Below, in pieces: positions 1 through 10,306 of a DNA stretch of 64,000 nt. The position numbers and the translations under genes are program-made. Origin of the DNA: an uncultured delta proteobacterium (GTDB lineage Bacteria; Desulfobacterota; Desulfomonilia; Desulfomonilales; Desulfomonilaceae); NCBI GenBank assembly GCA_963789265.1, contig CAWBKB010000001.1:1472001-1536000 (forward strand), written 5' to 3'. Under the pieces are notes generated by a model. That model did no database searches. It worked only from the letters and a program-made list of their open reading frames with translations, and was not told where the DNA came from. Position 1 is the first letter of the stretch. Each line of letters begins with the position of its first letter.

Positions 1-69
1 CCAGGTCTCCCGATCCCAGGGGTTTCGAGCCCCATGTGGAAGGCGTAATGCTGGTCAGCGGAGTGAGTT

Positions 70-846
70 ATGTGGGAAGCCATTGTGGCACAAGTGCTAA
101 AAACATTGGGCAACTACGCTTGGCGTTTAGTTGGAGCCCTAATCATCATCCTCGTAGGCTTCTGGCTAGCAAAATTGATCAGGAAGACTCTAATGCGGGC
201 ACTCACAACTCGAAAACTTGACCCTACGGTTATCTATTTTTCGGACAGCAGCCTTCAGGTTCTCCTGTATGGTGTGATTCTCATTGCAGCGCTCCACAGA
301 TTGGGAGTTGAAACTACCTCCCTAGTGGCGATGCTTGGAGCTGCCGGTCTTGCCATTGGGTTTGCTCTGAGACAACAAATGTCAAACGTTGCATCAGGTC
401 TGCTTATCATCATTTTCCGACCATTCAGGGTGGGAGATTACATTGACGGTGGGGGCTCCGCGGGCACAGTCGAGAAGATCGAATTGATGTCCACCGAGGT
501 TCTCACACCAGAAAACGTTACCGTAATCATACCCAATTCGAAGCTGACAGCGGACAAGGTCATCAACTACTCCCGTCGGGATACCCGCCGACTGAGAATA
601 GTAATCGGAGTGACCTATAAGGCTGATCTCAAGGCCATCAGAGATGCTCTGCAAAAAATCGTTGAGGGAGAGGATCTGATCCTGAAGGACCCGCCGCCAA
701 CCATCACTATAAAGGAGCTTGGGGACAAGGGGATAAAGATTGAAATCAGAATGTGGGTAAAATCTGAGGATTATTTGAAAGCCAAGGTCCAATTGAACGA
801 GAAGATTAAAGAACGATATGATTCTGAAGAAATCCCATTCCCTTAA
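70..846 (+). CDS. mscS: Small-conductance mechanosensitive channel (MscS family)
   Basis: Three TM helices, GAAGLAIGFAL, SNVASGL..FRPFRVGDYI and IPNS..VINYS motifs. Confidence 0.92.
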   Translation: MWEAIVAQVLKTLGNYAWRLVGALIIILVGFWLAKLIRKTLMRALTTRKLDPTVIYFSDSSLQVLLYGVILIAALHRLGVETTSLVAMLGAAGLAIGFALRQQMSNVASGLLIIIFRPFRVGDYIDGGGSAGTVEKIELMSTEVLTPENVTVIIPNSKLTADKVINYSRRDTRRLRIVIGVTYKADLKAIRDALQKIVEGEDLILKDPPPTITIKELGDKGIKIEIRMWVKSEDYLKAKVQLNEKIKERYDSEEIPFP

Positions 847-1210
847 TCTGCGGTTAAGGCCAGGGACTATGCGCATGAATGTCTTGTCCAGCTTCTTCCT
901 GTTGTCCTGAACAGCCACCAGATTATGTGCCACTTGTTAAGGTAGAGGTATAGTGCCTTGATCTCCTGGTAGAGGGAAAGGATTTCCGGGTGTAGTGCCG
1001 GCGATCCAGGTTGTAAATATGGCCTCAGGAGTGGGTGGGCGATACCTTGATACGGCCATACTCTTTCCTCCACTTATAAGTACTGCCAAGCCGTGTTCGA
1101 GTAAGGATGGCGAGGACATGTTGGCTTATGGAAGCGCCATTTAGGTGCTCCTTTCTCGATGTATTCTGTTTGTGCCTAAGATATAGAGCGCCCCCGCTTG
1201 GGCACGCCTA

Positions 1211-1312
1211 TCACCCTACGCCAAGCATGCACCGAATTAGCAGCTCCAGGATAACGTAGAGCCACCGCATCGCCTCCAGCGTGACCACGATGCAGTCCAT
1301 GAAAATTCCCAT
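1211..1312 (-). CDS. Small hydrophobic peptide, 33 aa (MGIFMDCIVVTLEAMRWLYVILELLIRCMLGVG)
   Basis: Read manually; GAGGAG RBS upstream of the ATG; below the ORF-track cutoff. Confidence 0.4.
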   Translation of the reverse strand: MGIFMDCIVVTLEAMRWLYVILELLIRCMLGVG

Positions 1313-1380
1313 TTGTCTTACTCCTCTTCATTGCGGCGGCAGGGTTCACCCCACGACCCCTTGCGGGGCCGCTCGGGTGT

Positions 1381-1479
1381 TCACTTACGCGCCTTTTTTG
1401 ATTTCTTCGTTGTTTCTATAAATATCTCTGCCGCAGCCACCAGCAACGCGAACAAGAAGTTGACCACTGCTCGCTTCAT
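1381..1479 (-). CDS. Small membrane peptide, 32 aa (MKRAVVNFLFALLVAAAEIFIETTKKSKKARK)
   Basis: Strong AGGAGGAG RBS; hydrophobic helix plus basic tail; paralog at 2492-2617. Confidence 0.55.
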   Translation of the reverse strand: MKRAVVNFLFALLVAAAEIFIETTKKSKKARK

Positions 1480-1862
1480 TGTCGGCTCCTCCTTTCCGCA
1501 CATGCGTCTTCTATTCCCTTCATGATTGCCCCACTAACCCCTCAATTTTAAGAAGGGGAAAGAACAGAAGAAGAAAGCGGAAAGGACGATCAATTCTATT
1601 CCTCGGCCTGGTTGATGATATGAGCGCTTCATGGCAAAGCTCAAGCTTATGAGGCATTTCTTTTGATCCGGCCATTCCCCTCAATAGAGACCCACTTACC
1701 GTGAAATGTAGAACACCGGATTATTACCGTGAGGAGGTTCACCGTTCTCCTGGCACACACAACGGCCCTATGTGCCAATAATGCTTGATTTATGGGTGGC
1801 AGCACCTTATTGTATCGCTCGTTTCAAGAAACTAGTGACGAGGTAATGGCGAGGCAAGAGAA

Positions 1863-2347
1863 ATGAAAATGATGGACATAAGAGAGAAAATCCTGAAGGA
1901 ACTGGACAATAAACCCGGCGACACGTTTCCGTATCGGCAATTGCTCGTGCCATAGGCTCGAACAACAAAGGAACGAATGCAGCTTTGGGCAAGCTTTTTA
2001 AAGCAGGTCTTATTGCGCGGCTGCAGAAAGGAGTCTATTCGAGCAAGGCCCGCTCTCCAAAACCAACAGCAGTCCCCGAACCTCTAAGACCGAGAAAAAC
2101 AGCAACAACGGCAAAGGCTGCTAAACCCGTCCCCGAGCCTGCCGAACTTACCCCGGCGCCGACCTCCCCGCTCTCTATAATTACACTCGATCTCCTCGTC
2201 GAAGGAGAACAATCCAAAATAGATGCGAGCGGATTTCTGGGGAAGGTCCTTGAAAATAGGTCTGTCCTCGATGCACGGGTGAGTCAAATAACGGCCGCAG
2301 ATCAAACGAAGCTCAAGATACGGTTTTCATTTCCAGACGATGAATAG
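1863..2347 (+). pseudogene. Winged-helix DNA-binding protein, frameshifted near 1925-1930
   Basis: MDIREKILKELDNKPGDT continues in another frame as SVSAIARAIG..LGKLFKAGLIARLQKGVYS; one T appears missing from a T run. Confidence 0.6.
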
Positions 2348-2467
2348 CACAGATATTCGACGTATTCCGGAGTGCCCTTGATTCAATCGAATCCCTGTCT
2401 AGGATCTCGACGGCGGCCCGAGTGATGCTCTGCGGTATTCGTGTACACACCTCCTCTCTTTGATCAG

Positions 2468-2536
2468 GGATATCCCTCAAGGATTTTCCCACTAGACCCT
2501 CAAATATAGAGAAGAGGGGAAGATGCAGGCGGGAGC
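2468..2536. repeat. ~70 bp direct repeat, copy 1 (copy 2 at ~3946-4016)
   Basis: ggatatccc..ggattttccc.ctag.ccctcaaatatagagaagaggggaagatgca.gcgggagc is present in both copies. Confidence 0.85.
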
Positions 2537-2617
2537 GGCCACGCACCGAGACATTCTTCTGAAAATCGCCGCAGCTACCAGCAACGCGAAAAAGGAGTTG
2601 ACCATTGCCCGCTTCAT
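2492..2617 (-). CDS. Small membrane peptide paralog, 41 aa (MKRAMVNSFFALLVAAA...)
   Basis: Same RBS and N-terminus as 1381-1479, different C-terminus. Confidence 0.45.
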   Translation of the reverse strand: MKRAMVNSFFALLVAAAIFRRMSRCVAAPACIFPSSLYLRV

Positions 2618-2928
2618 TGTCGGCTCCTCCTTTCCGCACACACGTTTTCTATTCCCCTCCACCCCCCTCAAAATATAAGAAGGGGAAACAGGATAAGATA
2701 AGAAGTCAAAGAGAGACGAGACATGCTTACCGGCCTGAGTTTTGTACCGTGTACGCGAAAAAGACCTCTTCCTGCGGGTTTCTTTTGGTCGGATTAGTCC
2801 TTCAAAGAGTTTTCCTTTGACTCTGGTGTATAACAATAACCTTGGATCTTTTCGAACGGCTTCTTTGCCGGACAGATAGGCTCGAAACAATATGGCTTGG
2901 GGATCAGGTGAAGGAGGTGGAGGAAGAG

Positions 2929-3822
2929 ATGGGCTTGCAGATTTTTATAGGATCATGGCTCTCTCGCGGCCTCGAATGGTTGGAGCATGGATCGAAAGTC
3001 TTCTTGATTGTCGCGGCAATCCTTCTGGACGTTCTGATTGGGCTGCTGGACCATCTCACTGGGTACGAGATTTCCTTCTCCATATTTTACCTGATTCCCG
3101 TTTTCCTGGTTAGCGTGTCCAAGGGCAAAAGTGAAGGAATTTTAATTTGCTTAATCTGTGCAATTACGTGGCTGGCCACTGACCTGATAGGTGGCCATAA
3201 TTACTCTCAGATCTGGATACCGTATTGGAACGCACTAATGCACTTCAGTTTCTTTCTCGTGGTGAATTTGTTGCTTGTTTCAATCAAATCTTCAATGGAA
3301 TCCCTAAGTGACATGTCCAGGACGGATCCCATGACGGGCGCATTGAATATGAGAGGATTCGTCGAGAGAGCACATACGGAGACCGTAAGGGCTTTGAGAT
3401 ACGGACATGCAATCACCGTAGCGTATTTCGACGTGGACGATTTCAAAAAAATCAACGACAAATATGGCCACAGTATTGGTGATGAAGTTTTGACCCGAAT
3501 TGCGGAACGGACTTCACAGGGGATTCGGAGGACCGACATCTTGGGTCGTCTGGGCGGCGATGAATTCGCCATTCTTTTTCCCCAGACCGAGTTTGAATCG
3601 GCCGAAGTAGTCTTGAAACGCATCAATGAGCTCCTATCGCAGGAGATGCGACTTCAGGGCTGCTCAGTCACTCTTAGCGGCGGAGCCGTAACCTTCAAAT
3701 TTCCGCCTGCCTCCGTAGATGAAATGATAAGAAAGGCAGATAATCTCATGTACGAGGCCAAGAGACGAGGCAAGAACAATTGGGCTTTTGCGACCATACC
3801 AGACGGAGACCGAAGAATTTGA
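2929..3822 (+). CDS. Membrane-anchored diguanylate cyclase (GGDEF)
   Basis: N-terminal TM helices; DxDxFKxIND.YGH, RRTD I-site and intact GGDEF. Confidence 0.93.
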   Translation: MGLQIFIGSWLSRGLEWLEHGSKVFLIVAAILLDVLIGLLDHLTGYEISFSIFYLIPVFLVSVSKGKSEGILICLICAITWLATDLIGGHNYSQIWIPYWNALMHFSFFLVVNLLLVSIKSSMESLSDMSRTDPMTGALNMRGFVERAHTETVRALRYGHAITVAYFDVDDFKKINDKYGHSIGDEVLTRIAERTSQGIRRTDILGRLGGDEFAILFPQTEFESAEVVLKRINELLSQEMRLQGCSVTLSGGAVTFKFPPASVDEMIRKADNLMYEAKRRGKNNWAFATIPDGDRRI

Positions 3823-3945
3823 CTTGGGCTCAGCTTCTGTGTCAAACGTGCAGTGATGTCATTCATTCGATGGCTTTTGCCGCGTATTCTCCCTGATCCA
3901 TCATGGCAAACCCTCCTTTCCTGGATGTAGGGCACTTTTTTTCGC

Positions 3946-4016
3946 GGATATCCCCTCAGGGATTTTCCCTCTAGCCCCTCAAATATAGAGAAGAGGGGAA
4001 GATGCACGCGGGAGCC
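3946..4016. repeat. ~70 bp direct repeat, copy 2
   Basis: Near-identical to 2468-2536. Confidence 0.85.
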
Positions 4017-4154
4017 CGCGAAGGTGTTATTTGGAGGACTTGTTAAGAGGGACAAGTCAGACAGTGCGGGACAGCAACCAGAAAAATGGACATCGGAACG
4101 TGCCGGGCTGGGGCATCATTCGGCGCACCTGCTCTCCTATCTTTTTATCGGTAG

Positions 4155-4330
4155 GATGCAGACAAATGCGCTTTTCACCTTAGCGGTCGCCACGGTGGCG
4201 GGTCAGTGAAGTAACATGGCTACAGCAACAAGTCCAATCTTAAGCTTTTGCGAGAGGCGATTTTGATTCTTCCAGGTTCCGTCGAGGTGGGATCGGGAGG
4301 ATATTCGGTGGCGTCGGGGGAGGAAATGGG
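4155..4330. repeat. Diverged ~175 bp intergenic repeat (other copy 9652-9826)
   Basis: Shared blocks gatgc.gacaaat..cttttc..cttagcggt..cacgg.ggcgggtcag, tacagc..aagtcc, ttgcgaga and tattcgg. Confidence 0.7.
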
Positions 4331-4536
4331 AAGGGACGGAGTGAAAATGCGGGAAAGTAGCTAGAGAAGACAATGTCAGCGTCTCAGGAAGGCCGCTGTA
4401 GCTGTTTTGTGAATTCTCTCTTTCGACCACCCGGAGGATGACATTACAAGTTCGGCCAAGATAAAAACGGTTCTGCCTGCCCTCCAAAGCTTATACTTTA
4501 TCCCTGCCGGTATCGCGACCGCTCTTTCTATACTCC

Positions 4537-4998
4537 TCACATCTTAGTCTTAATTCTTTCCCGATGACCTGCTGTTTCCGCTGCCAATTTGTCGAGCGCC
4601 TCAAGATACTCCGGCTTCTCCGTCCTTATAGCTCCCAGATATTTTTGCTCAATTACGGTGCGCTCGATTTCGTAAGCGGCCGCTAGCGCCTCATGCATTG
4701 TCAACCTGCCTGCCATGAATTTCTCAGATTGTGAGTGCACGTGGGAAACAAAAGCCCTGAGAGTGCAAGCGGAAATCGTTCCCCGGACCTAAACTTGTGG
4801 GGCTCTCGAATTATATTTTCATGCAGTTTTACCAGCACATCAGCGTGCAAGAATTCGTCGTGTGCAAGACCCAACCAGAATTCCGAGTCATGGGTAAAAA
4901 TCTCTGAGCAACTCCCATAAAACTCTCCAACCGTCTTCTCCACCTGTACCAGAGCATCTGCTGTCCGGATCACTTCTTCCATACGTCGCTCCGCCATG
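4537..4998 (-). pseudogene. Ferritin/rubrerythrin-like four-helix protein, frameshifted near 4780
   Basis: E..VGEFY, FW.GLAHDE..H in one frame; AYEIE..VIE and LAAETAGH in another; break at a G/C homopolymer. Confidence 0.6.
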
Positions 4999-5485
4999 AG
5001 CAACCCTCTTTTTCTTTCACCGCAAGCGGTAATGAATCGGAGGATTGGATCTATTAGAGACCTTCTGTATCATCTGCCGCTGCCACATGCAACGGCAGGC
5101 GGACTTTTGAGGCAAACATTCATTTAGAAGCTGATTCTTGTTCTAGCAAGGAGCGAAACGACGAAGCAATCACGTTATTATACGCTCTCAATTCGTGAGG
5201 TTGTTTTCAACCTGGTCCATCATTAGCTCCTCGTTTCTTTCTCTACCAGACCGTAAACCTGCGGCCTGCATTTGCAGACGCTGCTTCCCGCGGCCGTTTA
5301 CTGTCCTGCGACGGGTCAGCAAAGACAACAGCGGGCAGTCAATCGGCTATGGCTTCATTCTCTTCAGTACATCAATATTCTCCTCAGGATCAAGCCGCCT
5401 AGTATAATGGGTATACGATTGATGAGAACCCCAAGCTATACGGAGGTGTCTTAACAACATAATTGTTAACCTGGGGGAATCTAAT

Positions 5486-5806
5486 ATGACCGCGAACAAG
5501 AACACGCCTGGTAATAAAATGGCTGAAGCAAACAGGGATGCCCACGAGCGAGGGAGGCCAAAAAAGGAGCCTAATGGTATGGAAAGAGTGAGTGAAGAGT
5601 TGCTCCTCAGTAATAGGGAGGTCTTTTCGGTGGGTTTTCCCAGTGATCAGTCTCTGAACGAGATTACCAGGGAACTAAAACGATTTTTCATCGAGGCAGC
5701 ATTGCGGCGATCTGGAGGCAGTAGGCAAGGCGCTGCTCGTTTGCTAAAGATTTCCCGTTATTCTCTGAAGCATTACATGAAGGCACTTAGTTACGACGGG
5801 GAATAA
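5486..5806 (+). CDS. Fis-type HTH (HTH_8) protein
   Basis: FIEAALRRSGGSRQGAARLLKISRYSLKH. Confidence 0.75.
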   Translation: MTANKNTPGNKMAEANRDAHERGRPKKEPNGMERVSEELLLSNREVFSVGFPSDQSLNEITRELKRFFIEAALRRSGGSRQGAARLLKISRYSLKHYMKALSYDGE

Positions 5807-5922
5807 CCGCGGAGAGTGGTTTAAGCCTTTCGGGCGATGATTATAGAGCCCCATAGGGTCCGGATAGTCAAGAGTTGCGGCGATGATCGCCGAAAAACCA
5901 ATTACTAAGAGGAGGGAACCTC

Positions 5923-6117
5923 ATGAACCCCGAACAAATGGCTCACTGGGCGTGGTCCCATGCGTGTGAGAAATGCCAGACTGAAGGCGATTGCGAGATT
6001 GAAGAGTGCCTGAACGCCCAGGAAGTCTCAGATTTTCTGAAGCGTGTTGTTCGATTCGAGGGCAAAGACAACTCCGGAAAAGCCGTGAGAGGCTGGTTCG
6101 TGCCGGACCGGGTATAG
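5923..6117 (+). CDS. Small Cys-containing hypothetical protein
   Basis: GAGGAGG RBS; CEKC..C...C. Confidence 0.5.
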   Translation: MNPEQMAHWAWSHACEKCQTEGDCEIEECLNAQEVSDFLKRVVRFEGKDNSGKAVRGWFVPDRV

Positions 6118-6374
6118 ACGCCGTGCCGACGACAACTTTGGATTCTTAGCTGTTTTGTGTGGGCGCCTCTTAGCACGAGGACTCTATGCCTTTCATGCCG
6201 CTAGGCGATTCACCTTTTGATTTACTCGAACCACGAGTTCTATCCCCTGTTTTTTTATAGCTTGCATAATTGCTTGAATCCAAAGAGGATCAGCGGCATC
6301 TCAATATACAAACGTGAAAAAACGGAGGCCCAAAACGTCGCGAATTAACCATCAAAGGATCAGGAGACCGAACC

Positions 6375-6677
6375 ATGGATCTGCAGACTTATTGTGACAG
6401 CATGTCGAGCGAACTGACCGCGTGGAAAGCCAAGGTCTATGACGTGGACAGGAAATTGGACAAAACTCCCTCGGGAGACAAAACAAAGGTAGTTCCGCAC
6501 GTCAACGAATTGCACATGATCATCGAGGAGCTTGGCGGCAGAATCACAAAACTGAGGACCGAGTGCCCAACAGTATGGGAACCTGAGAAAAAGGAGTTGG
6601 AACTCAAGGTTACTCACTTGAAGAAAGAGTGGGAAGAAGTTTGGCACAACGTATCCCCCGGCGATTTTGGCGGATGA
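6375..6677 (+). CDS. Conserved hypothetical coiled-coil protein
   Basis: AGGAG RBS; first gene of the apparent operon with the Hsp20 genes. Confidence 0.75.
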   Translation: MDLQTYCDSMSSELTAWKAKVYDVDRKLDKTPSGDKTKVVPHVNELHMIIEELGGRITKLRTECPTVWEPEKKELELKVTHLKKEWEEVWHNVSPGDFGG

Positions 6678-6705
6678 AACTAAGGCAAACATCATGGGAG
6701 TGACT

Positions 6706-6948
6706 ATGGAACGCTTTGAATACGAAATCAGCACGCATAGGGGAAATGCGCTTACCAAATTGGCATATTTTTGCTCGCAGGAGGGAGAGTGTTCGGTGGA
6801 GGAAGTGCGCGACGAGCAATCAGAAATTCTCGTGGATGTTATGAATGAACGCGGCTTACAAGGATGGGAGCTTATTCAGCTTGATTTCGGTAAGGAGGGG
6901 GTAATGGCCTTCTGGAAGCGCAGACTCGCTTCTAAGGTGATTCCGTAG
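6706..6948 (+). CDS. DUF4177-like hypothetical protein
   Basis: FEYEI...MNERGLQGWELIQ...FWKR pattern. Confidence 0.65.
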   Translation: MERFEYEISTHRGNALTKLAYFCSQEGECSVEEVRDEQSEILVDVMNERGLQGWELIQLDFGKEGVMAFWKRRLASKVIP

Positions 6949-7032
6949 TGACGCCATGGCCCTTTTGTCTGGTGATCGGTCTCACGCAGCACGTGCTGAC
7001 TGAAGACGCAAACTCAGAAAGGAGACGGAAGA

Positions 7033-7494
7033 ATGATTCGATGGAGACTTGGCACAGATCCGACCTGGCAGGAACTTGAGCAGCTTCAAAGGAGCATGGA
7101 CGACCTATTCAATGCGGTGACCAGCACGCGCAGACCGTCACTGGATCAGTCATGGCGAGGGGCGCGACTCTTTCCGCTCCTAAGAGTGAGGGATTTGGAC
7201 CAGTCGTATGTTGTTACTGCGGAAATTCCGGGAATGAAGACCGACGATCTCGAAATTAAGATCGAAGGAGACACGCTCATGCTGAAGGGAGAACGAAAGC
7301 CTCAGGGGGCCGGTGAGGAGATTAGCTATCACCGTCGCGAACGGGCAGCCAGGACTTTCCAGAGAAGCTTGACCCTTCCCGTCAAAGTGGACGCCGAGAA
7401 TGTCAGCGCAACATATAAAGACGGTATCCTTACCGTGACGTTGCAGAAGGAAAAAGCTGCGTTGCCTCGACAGATCACGGTCAAGGCGGAATAA
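7033..7494 (+). CDS. Hsp20/alpha-crystallin small heat-shock protein
   Basis: AEIPG, YHRRER..FQRSLTLP and ATYKDGILTVTL motifs. Confidence 0.93.
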   Translation: MIRWRLGTDPTWQELEQLQRSMDDLFNAVTSTRRPSLDQSWRGARLFPLLRVRDLDQSYVVTAEIPGMKTDDLEIKIEGDTLMLKGERKPQGAGEEISYHRRERAARTFQRSLTLPVKVDAENVSATYKDGILTVTLQKEKAALPRQITVKAE

Positions 7495-7528
7495 GTAATC
7501 ATTGATTGCCAGTAAGGAGGAGACGCAC

Positions 7529-7930
7529 ATGGCGGACCAAGAGCTTGAGGCTAGGCCAAAACAGCATGCAAAGCTCCCCAAAGGGGAGCTCACTCAAGAA
7601 GGTATGTATTTTGAGCCAGCCGTGGATATTTACGACACGCCTTATGAGCTGGTACTCTTGGCCGATATGCCCGGAGTCAAAACGGAGGGCGTGGAAATCG
7701 ACCTCAAAGATGACACCCTGACAATTATGGGAAAGGTTCATGATGTAAACGACCAAGGGGAACTGATACTGGCCGAGTACCCGGTAGGAAATTATTTTCG
7801 CACCTTCTGCCTCACGGAGGTCATAGACCAGAGCAAAATAACTGCAGCCATGTCTGACGGGGTGCTCAAACTCACAATGCCCAAGGTTGAGAAAGCCATT
7901 CCGCGCAAGATCCCTGTTACAACAGATTAG
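7529..7930 (+). CDS. Hsp20/alpha-crystallin small heat-shock protein
   Basis: PAVDIY, ADMPGV, Y.RTF.L and DGVLKLTMPK motifs. Confidence 0.93.
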   Translation: MADQELEARPKQHAKLPKGELTQEGMYFEPAVDIYDTPYELVLLADMPGVKTEGVEIDLKDDTLTIMGKVHDVNDQGELILAEYPVGNYFRTFCLTEVIDQSKITAAMSDGVLKLTMPKVEKAIPRKIPVTTD

Positions 7931-7948
7931 GTGTGCCTGTCATTGGTG

Positions 7949-7977
7949 GGGGAGCTTTTCAGGCCGAAAGCTTCCCA
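7949..7977. terminator. Hairpin between convergent genes, probable terminator
   Basis: gggagcttt-tcaggccg-aaagcttcc inverted repeat after the Hsp20 pair. Confidence 0.55.
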
Positions 7978-8149
7978 CACTCTATATCCTTAATTTCTTC
8001 TCTAAAAAATTCCCATTTCCTCTGACTTTGAACATTTGAAGCGAATTTTAGTGATGGCAAGTCCGAGCTCAAGTGACCACTTGAGCATGAGTCCCCTCGA
8101 TCCCGCCACAGGTAGCCGTGCTGAGCCACAATCGGAGGTACTTTCGTCA

Positions 8150-8632
8150 TTACATTTTACTTGGCGAAACTTTCGACGGCCGCCATCCGCCTTCCATTTT
8201 CAGCCCGAGCACCCTCTTGAAATCAGCAGCGTGTTCCAGTGCCCGAGTCAGTTCGTCTCCCCCTCGGCCCAACGATTCTTTCCACTTTTGCTTCTCCACA
8301 GTGCCAAACACAGTGTACTGATTACCAATGATCTCAGGTGCACGTTTCTCGAACGTTGGAACAAGTTCGTCCTCCAGCTCGTCCTGGTGCGCGATGATGA
8401 GTTCGCAAGGGGAGCAGTATCGGCAGGTCTTGCCGAGCGCCAAAAACCCGCCATGTTCGATATGAATCAATAGAGCGAATTTCCTCATGTGGGTCGGTCG
8501 CTGGCAAAGTGGGCACCTACTTAGGCGGGCATTCTTGTGAGGATTCAAAATAAACGTGAACCGTGGAGGAAGCTTCCCCACAGTGCCTTTTGGCACATGA
8601 CTTCCGGATACGTCACTTTTGTTTGCGCCCAT
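8150..8632 (-). CDS. Hypothetical protein with Zn-binding Cys pairs
   Basis: CPLC and CRYC..C in a 160 aa ORF. Confidence 0.65.
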   Translation of the reverse strand: MGANKSDVSGSHVPKGTVGKLPPRFTFILNPHKNARLSRCPLCQRPTHMRKFALLIHIEHGGFLALGKTCRYCSPCELIIAHQDELEDELVPTFEKRAPEIIGNQYTVFGTVEKQKWKESLGRGGDELTRALEHAADFKRVLGLKMEGGWRPSKVSPSKM

Positions 8633-8869
8633 TATTCTCTATCCTGTGCCACCACTTTTTTCGTTAGATGACCTGGCCAGAATCTCCTTAAAGTGGCCAA
8701 TGTACTTGTCGGCGTCAGGCTGACGAAGGTCTGCTGCCTCCGATTGCGCTCTGGGGGTTGTGGTGAGGGTGGCACCTGCACCCCACCATCTATAAGCTTT
8801 ACCATGCAGGCCGGGGCCTGTTTCTCTTTCTCTGTACATGGCGCTTGATTTTCTTCAGCGACGGGCAAA

Positions 8870-9304
8870 CTACAGCCGGCTAGCCTCATTCGCGCTCAAT
8901 GCTACGCGAGCGTGGACCAGTTTTCGGTACTTCTCCGCGACCTTGGCTTGATCACCTTTGGAGAGCGCATTCAGAATGTCACCCTCCAGCTCAGCTACCT
9001 CCAGCCTCGAATAATAGTCAAGAGTTTCTTTGAGATGAGCCAACACGATCTTTCCTGTCAGCAAAGGATGATTGTTGGTAACGTTCGCATCGGGGAATTG
9101 CAGTCCGTGCTCCAACTCGACTTCCAGACCACGACGGAACTCATCGGCAGTTATTTGAGTCGCCTCCGCCCCGACGGCGGTCTGTATGACTTGTGCCTCT
9201 TCAACGGCGACGGCAGCCTCTGTCAGCGACGTCCAGTCCCGAATGCCGAGTTCACGGCACACCCTCTGTACTTCCTCGGTCGTAATGTATTGTGGCAGTT
9301 TCAT
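8870..9304 (-). CDS. Hypothetical protein (DUF5661-like)
   Basis: GLEVELEHG...TGKIVLAHLKE..DYY.RL motif. Confidence 0.7.
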   Translation of the reverse strand: MKLPQYITTEEVQRVCRELGIRDWTSLTEAAVAVEEAQVIQTAVGAEATQITADEFRRGLEVELEHGLQFPDANVTNNHPLLTGKIVLAHLKETLDYYSRLEVAELEGDILNALSKGDQAKVAEKYRKLVHARVALSANEASRL

Positions 9305-9651
9305 CCCATCCTCCCTGGAATCATGCGGCGGTTTTGCCATTACGGGTGTCTTCGGACTGGTGCCGGTTGCAGGCTGGTTTCTCTGGCCCCGAAAAGATCC
9401 CCGCATGTCTCACCACGATACCCGCTGGATGCAAAACCGTCGTCACGTTGCTCAAAATGGCTGTTGTTTCTTGCTGTTGAACGTAACTCACCTCACGTTC
9501 CTCGGTCAAGGACAATATTCGACGTTACTCATAACCCGAAGACGGCATGGCAGTACTGAGCCAAAGGAAAGGCTGTATCTTCTTGGGAATGCTACTTCCT
9601 AACGTGAGCCGACTTATCAGCGCTCCCGTTCTTGCATGTTTTTCTTGGCAT

Positions 9652-9826
9652 GATGCGGACAAATCCACTTTTCGTCTTAGCGGTGGTCACGGCGGCGGGT
9701 CAGCAATATGAGATGATTACAGCTTTAAGTCCCATCCTTAGCGTTGCGAGATGCGGATTTCATTCTTCTCAGTTTCTTCGAGATCGGATCGACAGGGTAT
9801 TCGGGCGCAGACGGGAATGGAATGGG
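9652..9826. repeat. Diverged ~175 bp intergenic repeat (other copy 4155-4330)
   Basis: Visual alignment with 4155-4330. Confidence 0.7.
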
Positions 9827-9985
9827 TGCGGGCGAACTTGATAGTGCGAGAATCCGCGGTCGGCTCGCTTCAGCTATGTGCCTAGGGGCACCTCCTTGCA
9901 GATAACGAGTACAGAGGGCAAGGGAGGAGATAGCGTCTGCGAACCCTTGCCCGACCGGCCCTCATGCTAATTCACAAACAATCTA

Positions 9986-10306
9986 TTACCAGCGGGATCC
10001 TCCGCCGCCGCGTCCGCCGCCGCCGTCTCGCCTTCCACCGCCGCCGCCCCGAGAGTCGGTCTTGGGTTTAGCCTCGTTCACTGTCAGGCTCCTGCCGCCG
10101 AGATCCTTGGAATCCAGAGCCTGGATCGCCTTGAGACCTTCTTCGCGGTCGGACATTTCGATGAATCCGAATCCCCGAGACTTGTTGGTAAACTTGTCAA
10201 CGATAACCTTGGCGGATACTACTTCCCCGTAGGTTGCGAACAGGCCCTTGAGGTCTGCCTCACTGGTATCGAAGGACAGGTTTCCCACATAGATTTTAAT
10301 ACTCAT
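9986..10306 (-). CDS. RRM RNA-binding protein with Gly-rich tail
   Basis: RNP2 IYVGNL, RNP1 RGFGFIEM, GGGR tail. Confidence 0.95.
   Translation of the reverse strand: MSIKIYVGNLSFDTSEADLKGLFATYGEVVSAKVIVDKFTNKSRGFGFIEMSDREEGLKAIQALDSKDLGGRSLTVNEAKPKTDSRGGGGGRRDGGGGRGGGGSRW

Noticed and set aside
394..933. Long antisense ORFs overlapping real genes (e.g. 394-933, 8912-9559, 19733-20425, 24964-25737)
   Set aside because: Shadow frames with no recognisable motifs, opposite well-supported genes
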